A stretch of 64,000 nt of DNA from a virus (lineage: Duplodnaviria > Caudoviricetes). The translations under genes were made by a program, and so were the position numbers. Below, piece by piece: positions 49,389 to 57,920 of the stretch. Each line of letters begins with the position of its first letter. Position 1 is the stretch's first letter. Where the stretch lies: positions 192,001 to 256,000 of the IMG/VR virus record IMGVR_UViG_3300010167_000010, one strand, 5' to 3'. The notes under the pieces are model-generated. The model ran no database searches, had not been told where the DNA came from, and worked only from the letters and a program-made list of their open reading frames with translations.

Positions 49389-49925
49389 ATGAGGCTACAA
49401 GAACTTCACCCACAAGGTAGAAATAAAGAATTCGCTAAAATATGGAGTCAATTAGTTTATGACGAATATGTACCAAATAGAAAAGGTTCTAATGCTCCTT
49501 ATCATACTCATCCACAGACAGTAGAACAGATAGTAGATGCTTATGGAGGTTCTAATGAAGAATCTATTGCAGCGCATTGTCATGATATCGTTGAAGATAC
49601 GCCTATTAGTGTTAGTAAAATTAAAGATTTATATGGAGAAGATGTTGCAGAAATAGTTGCAGAACTTACTAATTCTAAAGATTTAGACGGTATGAAAAAA
49701 GAAGATTACATGAATAAGAAATTAATATACTTATCACCAGAAGCTCTAACAGTTAAAATAGCTGATATGCTTCATAATCTTCTTGATAAACCTAGAAAAG
49801 AACAAGTTGAAAGAATGAATAATAATATTCAATTTTTAAAACGTAATAGAAAAATTACTAAAGAAATACACCAAGACCTTGTAGATGCATTTGAATCTGG
49901 ATACGAATTGTTTAAAGCTAAGTAA
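49389..49925 (+). CDS. Mesh1/SpoT-like HD hydrolase (small alarmone hydrolase)
   Basis: RKGSNAPYHTHP, HDIVEDT, VAELT, VKIADMLHNL. Confidence 0.88.
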   Translation: MRLQELHPQGRNKEFAKIWSQLVYDEYVPNRKGSNAPYHTHPQTVEQIVDAYGGSNEESIAAHCHDIVEDTPISVSKIKDLYGEDVAEIVAELTNSKDLDGMKKEDYMNKKLIYLSPEALTVKIADMLHNLLDKPRKEQVERMNNNIQFLKRNRKITKEIHQDLVDAFESGYELFKAK

Positions 49926-49960
49926 GTTAATATAAATTAAAATGATTATGGAGATTATAT

Positions 49961-51115
49961 ATGTCAGAGTTAAAATTTAGTGATTGGTATATTGTAGATG
50001 CGCCCAAAAGTGCCGATGAAGTTTATGGTCAAGAAACTATTGTAAATCATATTAAAACTAAACAAAAAGATCAATCTTTTGATAAGTCTACGCTTTTTCA
50101 GGGAAAATTTGGATCTGGAAAAACTATATTAGCTAAAATATGGGCTAAGTCTATTGCATGCAAAAATTGTAATAAAGATGGAGAACCTTGTAATGAATGC
50201 CCAACGTGTCAAGCTGTAAATAATGAAACATGGGATAGAGATGTTGTTTATTTAAATGGGGAGCAAATGTCAGCACAAGAAGTAGATAATATTTTAGATA
50301 AATGTTTTATTACACCAGCAATTAGGGATAGGGCCAAAGTATTTATAGTTGATGAAACTCAAGGATTATCTCCAGCAGCAATTCAAAAGTTTCTAGGTGC
50401 AACACAATCTCCAAAAAAAGGTTTCTTTTTCGTATTTACTGCAATGTCAAAACTTCAGGGAAAAAATCCGGGCGCTTTAATGTCAAGATGTAAAGTTTGG
50501 AAAATGAAAGAACCAAAAAATGAAGAAATATATCAATATCTTGGTTCTATAGTAATAAAGAAAAAATTACAATGTCCAAAAGAATTTTTAACTAAAGGTT
50601 TACAATTTATTGCTGAAAACAGTCAAGCATCATATAGACTAGCTATTCAAATGTTAGAGCAATGTTATGATAGTAAAATATTTGATATTCAACAAATAAA
50701 AGAAACTTTTGGAATAGAATCTTATGATGATGCCGCAGCTGTTTTAACTGATATATCTAATGGTAATGTAACTGAAGCAGTTTTTAATTCTATTATTGGT
50801 TCAGATTATCAAGATAAGTTTGGTTTACTTATGAAAATAATTGGTGATGCTTCAACGTATCAAACATTTGGAACTAGTTTTGTTGATGAAACAGAAAAAT
50901 GGAAATGGAAATATCCAGCACAAGTAGCATCTGGAGTACACTTTAATGAGCTTTGTAAAGTATTTTCTCGTTTAGCTCAAAATGCTTATATAAAACGTGG
51001 TGAATGGCAAATGGAAATATCTAAATTTTTATATGATATTAAAGAACAAAAAAATTTAGTAAAAGGTGTAACAGAAGAAAAAAAAGTTGTTAGACGAGCC
51101 ATTGAAGTAAAATGA
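49961..51115 (+). CDS. dnaX: DNA polymerase III gamma/tau-like clamp loader ATPase
   Basis: VYGQE, GKFGSGKT, C..PCNECPTC zinc module, VFIVDE, SRC motif. Confidence 0.82.
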   Translation: MSELKFSDWYIVDAPKSADEVYGQETIVNHIKTKQKDQSFDKSTLFQGKFGSGKTILAKIWAKSIACKNCNKDGEPCNECPTCQAVNNETWDRDVVYLNGEQMSAQEVDNILDKCFITPAIRDRAKVFIVDETQGLSPAAIQKFLGATQSPKKGFFFVFTAMSKLQGKNPGALMSRCKVWKMKEPKNEEIYQYLGSIVIKKKLQCPKEFLTKGLQFIAENSQASYRLAIQMLEQCYDSKIFDIQQIKETFGIESYDDAAAVLTDISNGNVTEAVFNSIIGSDYQDKFGLLMKIIGDASTYQTFGTSFVDETEKWKWKYPAQVASGVHFNELCKVFSRLAQNAYIKRGEWQMEISKFLYDIKEQKNLVKGVTEEKKVVRRAIEVK

Positions 51116-51510
51116 AAGAACCTCTTTATGTGCTAATAGCAGGTAGTAGAAATATTCCAGAAAATTTCGATTATTTTTATTTAATAGACGAATTATTAAA
51201 AGTACTTACAGTAAATAAAAAATGGGATTACGATAAAATTATAGAAATATGCGGAACAGCAAAAGGTGCTGATACTATTGGAAAAAAATGGGCATTAGAA
51301 AGAGGTTACGAAGTTATAGAATTTCCAGCTGATTGGGATAAACATGGTAAGGCTGCAGGACCAATTCGTAATGAAGAAATGGTTAAGTTTATAAAAGATA
51401 AAAAACAAAATATAGTAATTTTATTTTGGGATGGTACTAGTTCTGGAACTAAAAATACATACGATTTATGTAAAAAGTATGAAATTAATTATCATCTTTT
51501 TTCCGTTTAG
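51112..51510 (+). CDS. SLOG-family protein (DUF2493/YspA-like)
   Basis: IAGSR, GTAKGAD, ADWDKHGKAAGPIRNEEM, FWDGTSSGT. Confidence 0.85.
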   Translation: MKEPLYVLIAGSRNIPENFDYFYLIDELLKVLTVNKKWDYDKIIEICGTAKGADTIGKKWALERGYEVIEFPADWDKHGKAAGPIRNEEMVKFIKDKKQNIVILFWDGTSSGTKNTYDLCKKYEINYHLFSV

Positions 51511-51543
51511 AACTATGTTTTAAAAATTGTTTTATATATATCA

Positions 51544-51573
51544 ATACTAGACTAAAAATATCTGGTCTAGTAT
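51544..51573. terminator. Hairpin between convergent operons
   Basis: ATACTAGAC...GTCTAGTAT inverted repeat. Confidence 0.4.
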
Positions 51574-51626
51574 ATGATTCTACATTATTTAAATCTTTTT
51601 GAAGTTTAAGAAGCTCTTTATAATTT

Positions 51627-52058
51627 TTATCCGTTTCCAATCTTCGCCGCCGTCTCTGTTATAAATTGATTTAATTTGTTACAATTGATTCCATATTTTA
51701 TTGATGATACTTCATCGTCTTGTAATAATTCTTTTATTTCGTCCCATTTTTTATGTTTAATATATTTAAAATAATAACATAAGGCAATTTGAACCGTTTC
51801 TTTAAATGATTCTCTATCTGGAAACTGTACAGTTCTGCCATTTATAGTCTCTATAAGCTCAGCAAATAATTCTGATCCCAATAAATTATATATCTCAACT
51901 AGAACCATTTGATCTTCATTTTTAGAAGCTAGTCGCAAATAATGAAGTTTAATTAAATCTTTAATTACTTCTTCAATAGGGTTTTCTTTTAAAATAGTGT
52001 TTATCTTTTTTTGAAATAAAGATTTTTCTTCATTAATTATAAGTGTATCGTTTTCCAT
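51627..52058 (-). CDS. Mor/C-family-like transcription regulator
   Basis: LVEIYNLLGSELFAELIETINGRTVQFP resembles the Mor dimerisation motif (..IG.E....L....GG..IYIP), followed by a helical region. Confidence 0.55.
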   Translation of the reverse strand: MENDTLIINEEKSLFQKKINTILKENPIEEVIKDLIKLHYLRLASKNEDQMVLVEIYNLLGSELFAELIETINGRTVQFPDRESFKETVQIALCYYFKYIKHKKWDEIKELLQDDEVSSIKYGINCNKLNQFITETAAKIGNG

Positions 52059-52093
52059 TATTTAAATAGTTTTGAATCTAATTTCTTAAAATC

Positions 52094-54730
52094 TTAAGTA
52101 GCTTTTAGATAATTTTTTTGTATAAGTATATTATCTCTATTGCTAAATATAATATCGAACTCATTTTCACATTCTAATTTTTCTTCTAATGGTTGAGCAT
52201 ATACATTTATTGTAACCAGATCTTCTAAAAGTACTTCAATATTATCAGCAATAGAAATTAAATTTTGACTAAATCTAGTTTTTTCTATTAGGTCTTCTCT
52301 CTGACTTTCATCAGTCATAAAATGTAAAGGAATAATTAAATGACCATTAGCATATTGAATAGAAAGTGGATTATTATAATTTTCATTAAACATAATTTTA
52401 CAATTATCTATGAATTGAGTATTTACTCTATAACATTGTTGTCCTAATATATTTCTATTAAAATTAAATGAAAGTTGTTCTTCTGGTGGGATATCATCTT
52501 TATTAAATATTTTATTCTTTCCGTTTTCATCTACAAATAATGGTCTATGTTCATAAGGTTCTATATTAAATTGTTTCATTTGATAAAAATATGATGGGGA
52601 AACAATTCTATCTATAAAATTAAATTGTGCTGTTCTAACTTGTTGATTAAAGAAAAATTCTGAAAAACTATTAAAAAAGTTAACATCAAAGAAATTAGAA
52701 TAACTTCTTTTTTCACTTAATACTCTTTGCTTTTCTTCGTCAATAACTAAAATTTCAGCTTCTTCTAAAGTTTTAACATTTTGTAAGTCAGTTCTTTCAT
52801 CTAATAAAAATATTGATTTATTTTTAGTTGGAAACTCTCTAAATAAAACATCTACTCTTATAACGTAAGGATGTTTAACTTTAAAATTCTTAAAGCCAGC
52901 ATTCAATTGGTTTTGAGCAAATATTTTATCAAATTTAAAAGGAAATGCTAGTAAAGTTCTTCTATCATTTATAATTACATTATTTCCACTCTCTTCTCCA
53001 ACTTCAATTAAAATAGTTGGATTTAAACTAGCTTTAGTTCTAGCTTCTAAAAATACTTGTGTAAATTTATTAAAAGAAAAATTTTGAGCAATATTTATTA
53101 TATCAGATTTAAAATATGGTTTATTAAAATCGGTGTTAAAAATACTATACTTAGCTAATACTTCTGGCATTATACTATTTCGTATTTCAACTTCAGTTAA
53201 AGAATCAGGTGTATTTACTATTACGTTCGGTCTTATTTCTATAAAGTTTGGTTCAATATAATCGAATGAATCATTAGGTGATTTCATATCTTGAAAAGCT
53301 TTTATAAGAGGTTCTATTAAACCAGATTGGGGATTAACTATTTTTTCTCCATTTGATCTAATTGCTGTAATCAATAAAGTACTTCTATTCATACTTATTT
53401 CTTGTAATACAGAATTTTCTATATTAGAAACAAAACTATCAAATAAAGGATCTGCACCATAAGAATTTGTAGTATAAACATCTGACTGAAATACTTTACA
53501 ATGTAATAAATTTATTGGACTATTTTTTAATATTTGTTCATAATAACTAGCTCTTGTTGCAATGGAATAAGATTGTAAATAAGATGGTGGTGCATTTACT
53601 CTTATATCATCTTCATTTTCTATATCTTTACCACCCATTATTGGAACAATATTTGTACAAGATAAAAAGTTTGTCTGAACATTAAAACGATGGTCTACTT
53701 GTGCAAAATCTGAAGGAAATATCATTTGAGTTATTTGAAATCTCTCAGCAACATTTCCATTTAATCCTCTTGTTTCTAAATACTCTACAGATATATTAGC
53801 ACCAGGTGGTAACATTCGACCAGTAATCCCATCACCAAATTTAATTAAAACTCTATTTTCATTATTTAATATTAGTGCTTCAAATACTCTATCGTATGGA
53901 CCAGCCAATCTAATATTTTCAATTTTTTCCCAAACTTCGGTATTCATATCAGTCTGTTGGCCATTTATAAGTTGTCTAGGTGTTACTTTAACTTTAAAAA
54001 ATTGTTCAGAAATTATATTACTAGCATTTTCTATATTTATAGCATCAATAGAAAAAGATTCGAATCGAGTTCCTCTTGCTGTTCCAAATTCTACTGTTAC
54101 TTTTTCACCTTGAATTACTGGAACTTTTAGATACTTAATTCCATTCCAACCGCCAGCTTTTATAAAGTCGCTATATTTAATTGGATTATTTCTAATTGCA
54201 CTAAACGGTTCTTTTAATGCTCTAGACTCGACATCTTCAAAAGAAATATAAGAAACACCTCTATTAGTTTTAAATATTGTATCTTTAGGAATTAAATAAT
54301 TTAAGTCAGATGTCCATGGAACTAACGCACTTCTTTCAGTAAAAGTTGCTTGAGGATTTTGAATTAAATCATCAAAATCTGAGGCATGATCCAAATCAAA
54401 AAATGTAACACCAAAGTTTGGTAATCTTTCTATACCGTTTAAATCAGTATGGGATATCACAATATAACCAATAGAAGACTTAGGTAAGGCTCTTTTATAA
54501 GCTATTAAATCAGCTGAGTGTGTAAGTGACGACATGTTTCTAGCATTTCGCCACTTCTTTTCATTATATAGATATTCTAAATATCTAGCTATTTCTGAAT
54601 TACCCTCTGAAATTACATCTAATAAATTACCAATAGTTCCTACACCAAGAATATTAGCCCAGTCTTCATGAATTTGAAGACGTTGTGTCATTCTTTGTTT
54701 GATTGATAACTGGTCAAACCTTTTACTCAT
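52094..54730 (-). CDS. Baseplate wedge protein, T4 gp6 / baseplate J-like
   Basis: IKFGDGITGRMLPPGANISVEYLETRGLNGN, GGKDIENEDDIRVNAP; ACTAAATA upstream. Confidence 0.85.
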   Translation of the reverse strand: MSKRFDQLSIKQRMTQRLQIHEDWANILGVGTIGNLLDVISEGNSEIARYLEYLYNEKKWRNARNMSSLTHSADLIAYKRALPKSSIGYIVISHTDLNGIERLPNFGVTFFDLDHASDFDDLIQNPQATFTERSALVPWTSDLNYLIPKDTIFKTNRGVSYISFEDVESRALKEPFSAIRNNPIKYSDFIKAGGWNGIKYLKVPVIQGEKVTVEFGTARGTRFESFSIDAINIENASNIISEQFFKVKVTPRQLINGQQTDMNTEVWEKIENIRLAGPYDRVFEALILNNENRVLIKFGDGITGRMLPPGANISVEYLETRGLNGNVAERFQITQMIFPSDFAQVDHRFNVQTNFLSCTNIVPIMGGKDIENEDDIRVNAPPSYLQSYSIATRASYYEQILKNSPINLLHCKVFQSDVYTTNSYGADPLFDSFVSNIENSVLQEISMNRSTLLITAIRSNGEKIVNPQSGLIEPLIKAFQDMKSPNDSFDYIEPNFIEIRPNVIVNTPDSLTEVEIRNSIMPEVLAKYSIFNTDFNKPYFKSDIINIAQNFSFNKFTQVFLEARTKASLNPTILIEVGEESGNNVIINDRRTLLAFPFKFDKIFAQNQLNAGFKNFKVKHPYVIRVDVLFREFPTKNKSIFLLDERTDLQNVKTLEEAEILVIDEEKQRVLSEKRSYSNFFDVNFFNSFSEFFFNQQVRTAQFNFIDRIVSPSYFYQMKQFNIEPYEHRPLFVDENGKNKIFNKDDIPPEEQLSFNFNRNILGQQCYRVNTQFIDNCKIMFNENYNNPLSIQYANGHLIIPLHFMTDESQREDLIEKTRFSQNLISIADNIEVLLEDLVTINVYAQPLEEKLECENEFDIIFSNRDNILIQKNYLKAT

Positions 54731-54765
54731 ATTTATTTAGTTAGTAAATGGAAAAGACGATAATT

Positions 54766-56409
54766 TTATTTTAATTTTGGTAATTGCACTTCAGAATTCC
54801 ATTCCCAAGTAGTATTTAAGTCCCACCCTAACGTATTTCTAATAAAAGTTTCTGTTAATGGTAATTGTAATAAAGACCCGTGTCTAGAACCAAATAAATT
54901 AGATGCAAAACTATTTTGTACATTACCGCTTTCTCTGGCTCCAACTATTCCTCCATAAGAATCTGAATCAATATTATTACTTAAATCTATTATTGAAAAA
55001 CAATTTCTTACTAAATCAGTAGACCATTGCATTATTCCAATTATTCCACCGATAATGCTATCTTTACTTCCATTATTTATATTTGTTTTAGAATAACAAT
55101 TTTCTATTCTAGTACTTCTATCATTAGATATCCCAACTATACCGCCTATTGAAAATGCATTTTTACTAGAAATATTTATTATTACATAACAATCTTTTAT
55201 AGTAGTATCTTTAACAACCCTACCAATTATTCCACCAATTTGTAAATTGGGGCTCCAATTATCGGGAGTAATAATAATTCCAGAAAAACTACAATTTTCT
55301 ATTGAAACTTCATAAGAAAGTCCAAATAAACCACCTGTTATAGCTGATGAATTAAGTTTGCCATTTATTACGTGACAATTTATAATATTAGTTTCTTCTA
55401 AAGTTGTTGAAAAACAAGCCGCAGAAAATCCAGTAAAATCGCAATTATCTAAAATTAAATTTTTTATAGCGCCGCCAGCTGCACATTGTTTAATAAAAGC
55501 TACTTCATTATCATGATCTATAGTTTTTAAATTTTTAATATATTTATTATTTCCATTAAATGATCCAGTAAATACACTATCCCAACCTTCTAAATGGCTT
55601 CCAATTGGAGACCAATTACTTTCTTCTGTAATTGCTAAAGTTATATTATCCATTAAAATATAATGATCACTTAAAACCCAATTACCGTGGCCAATTCTTT
55701 TTAAATCTTGTTCATTAAATATTTGCCACGGATCTTCAGAAGTTCCAGAACCAAAAGTTTCTATTTTTTCTTCTTTTAATATTTTAATATTTTCTTCAAT
55801 ATCAAATATACGCTCATTCATAGATGTCATTAATTCTTTTATATCTTTAATATCATTTCGTACTTCATTTACATTATATTCTATAAATGTATTTACTAAT
55901 TCTTTAAAATTTTCTATGTCAAGTTCTACATCTTTTAATTTTTCTTTTACTGCTTCTTTATCTTTATTATGTGTTTGCTTTAAAGAATTAAGATCTTCTC
56001 GTAATTTTGTATATTCTTCTATAAGCTCACCATTATCTTCTAAACTATAAATTTGTTGTTGTAAATCTAATAATAATTGATCTAGATCTTCTTCAAGAGC
56101 TAATATTGCTTCTTTTAATTCTTTTTTAGTAGTTGCTTTTTCTACCGCTACTTTAATTTCAAATATATCTGTTTCTAATTCATTTAATTGACTTTCAATT
56201 ACTCTTAATTTTCCGTTCTTTTCATCAAATAAAAGATTTAATTTTTCTTTAATAGAATGTAATTCATTATTTTCTATATCGTTTTCTATAAATTTAGAAA
56301 TACTTCTCAAAGAAATGTTTTTTGTTTCATTATTTTGAACTAATGGTAATATTTCATTACCACTTAATTCATTAGCCATTTCTAGTTGACTAATTCTTTT
56401 AGGTTCCAT
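54766..56409 (-). CDS. Tail fibre/adhesin: attachment N-terminus, coiled coil, GLUG-repeat domain
   Basis: KRISQL...LSGNEILPLVQ; heptads; GSGTSEDPWQI, FTGSFNGN, repeated IGGIIG/IENCYS. Confidence 0.7.
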   Translation of the reverse strand: MEPKRISQLEMANELSGNEILPLVQNNETKNISLRSISKFIENDIENNELHSIKEKLNLLFDEKNGKLRVIESQLNELETDIFEIKVAVEKATTKKELKEAILALEEDLDQLLLDLQQQIYSLEDNGELIEEYTKLREDLNSLKQTHNKDKEAVKEKLKDVELDIENFKELVNTFIEYNVNEVRNDIKDIKELMTSMNERIFDIEENIKILKEEKIETFGSGTSEDPWQIFNEQDLKRIGHGNWVLSDHYILMDNITLAITEESNWSPIGSHLEGWDSVFTGSFNGNNKYIKNLKTIDHDNEVAFIKQCAAGGAIKNLILDNCDFTGFSAACFSTTLEETNIINCHVINGKLNSSAITGGLFGLSYEVSIENCSFSGIIITPDNWSPNLQIGGIIGRVVKDTTIKDCYVIINISSKNAFSIGGIVGISNDRSTRIENCYSKTNINNGSKDSIIGGIIGIMQWSTDLVRNCFSIIDLSNNIDSDSYGGIVGARESGNVQNSFASNLFGSRHGSLLQLPLTETFIRNTLGWDLNTTWEWNSEVQLPKLK

Positions 56410-56419
56410 TATTTTCTCC

Positions 56420-56674
56420 TTAAACTATTAAATAATTAAAATTTTCTGTAATTAATCTTTCATCATTTTCTGTTAGCAAAAATGAATGAGATATCTGGCT
56501 TAAGTTTAAAAAATTTATCCACTCCTCCCCATCCCATCTCTGTAGAATCCCATCTTTTAAAGTTACAGCATTTAATCTGTATTTTTGACTAGAATTATAA
56601 TCTGGAATGATTGAATATGGTAAATTAACTTCAGCTACCAACTTTACTTGTCCATTTAAAATTTGATAAACCAT
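56420..56674 (-). CDS. Small tail-associated protein
   Basis: LLTENDERLITEN repeat; TCTAAATA upstream. Confidence 0.5.
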   Translation of the reverse strand: MVYQILNGQVKLVAEVNLPYSIIPDYNSSQKYRLNAVTLKDGILQRWDGEEWINFLNLSQISHSFLLTENDERLITENFNYLIV

Positions 56675-56778
56675 ATATATTTAGATAGAAGCAAGTTGTA
56701 AAATTTTAAGAAAAAGGCCTATTTTTAAGAAAGTTATGTTATTAAATTATAATTTTTATTATTAAAATAAAATAAAAT

Positions 56779-57855
56779 TTAAACAGATCTATATTCGTAT
56801 AAATCTTTATCTAATACTGAATAATCTACTGTATAACCAATATCTTCTAAACTAGCAATAGTAAACTTGCTCATCCAAGAATTTATAAAAGATGAACTAG
56901 TAAAAATTTCAGTAGATAATTGTCTTCCTCTATTATCTCTAATATCAGTCCGTTGGGCCCAATGGGAAAGAGCACTCCCACCAGCATTTACCATTGTAAC
57001 ATTTTGATCTAATGTTGGATGAATAGGAATATTTCCAGTTTGATTCATAGTTTCTCTATAAGCCTGTCGACCAATATTAGCAGTATAAAATGGATTATTG
57101 GTGTTTCCTGTTCCAATAAAATTAGTTCTTCCATTTAATCTTCTTCCTATATTTGAGTTTAAAACAGTAATAAAGTCATTAAAACCTGGAATTAAATTTC
57201 CTATTCCAGGTAAATTACTAAAAAGATCTATTAAAAATCTTTGATCTAAAAGTCTTGGCAAAGTAATAACACCCAAAAAGGGTAATGATTCGACGATTCT
57301 AAAATCAGCATTCCACAGTGCTCCTAAACCTAAAGCATGTAAACATTCATGAATAGCTAAATTAAAAAATGATTCATTGGGATTATTTGGATTAAAATGA
57401 TTAGAAGAAAATTTAATAGAGGCTTCCATCGGAGTCATATAACGATCATTACTACATAAGTCTATAATATCTATTGCTTCAATTATTTTAGTAAAATCAA
57501 AATTAGTTTCAACATCAGCAGTATTTCCTGGACCAGCTTGTCCAATAATACCTGGCATAAGTTGACCAAAATATATTTTTATTTTTAAATTTCTTTTTTC
57601 ATTCGAATATCTTAATCCAGTTACAGCTTTTTCAAAATATTTCTTCATATCTTGAATACAAGTATTATAAAAATGACTATTAGCATAAGATTGTGTTATC
57701 GGGTCGTTATTATATATTATTTCTATACTAAAGTTATTTTGAGGAGGTTGTTCTATATAAGGAATAATTTCATAGAATAATTTATTATCTATCTTATCTA
57801 AAAACCGAGTATCATATCTTACAAGTTCGCCGTTTTTATTTTTAAATACTTTCAC
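56779..57855 (-). CDS. Zinc metalloprotease, leishmanolysin (M8)-like
   Basis: HECLHALG, SHW, EIFT, TIASLEDIGYTVDY. Confidence 0.78.
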   Translation of the reverse strand: MKVFKNKNGELVRYDTRFLDKIDNKLFYEIIPYIEQPPQNNFSIEIIYNNDPITQSYANSHFYNTCIQDMKKYFEKAVTGLRYSNEKRNLKIKIYFGQLMPGIIGQAGPGNTADVETNFDFTKIIEAIDIIDLCSNDRYMTPMEASIKFSSNHFNPNNPNESFFNLAIHECLHALGLGALWNADFRIVESLPFLGVITLPRLLDQRFLIDLFSNLPGIGNLIPGFNDFITVLNSNIGRRLNGRTNFIGTGNTNNPFYTANIGRQAYRETMNQTGNIPIHPTLDQNVTMVNAGGSALSHWAQRTDIRDNRGRQLSTEIFTSSSFINSWMSKFTIASLEDIGYTVDYSVLDKDLYEYRSV

Positions 57856-57869
57856 AATAATTAGTCAAT

Positions 57870-57899
57870 AAAAAAGGCGATATTATAAAAATATCGCCT
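57870..57899 (-). terminator. Rho-independent terminator after tail sheath gene
   Basis: Minus strand AGGCGATATT-TTTAT-AATATCGCCT followed by a T run. Confidence 0.8.
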
Positions 57900-57920
57900 G
57901 TAATTTTATTTTAATTTCAA

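Noticed and set aside
51483-51680. Open minus-strand frame of about 65 codons overlapping the end of the Mor-like gene
   Set aside because: No ATG or SD at its 5' end and no clear slippery site for a frameshift
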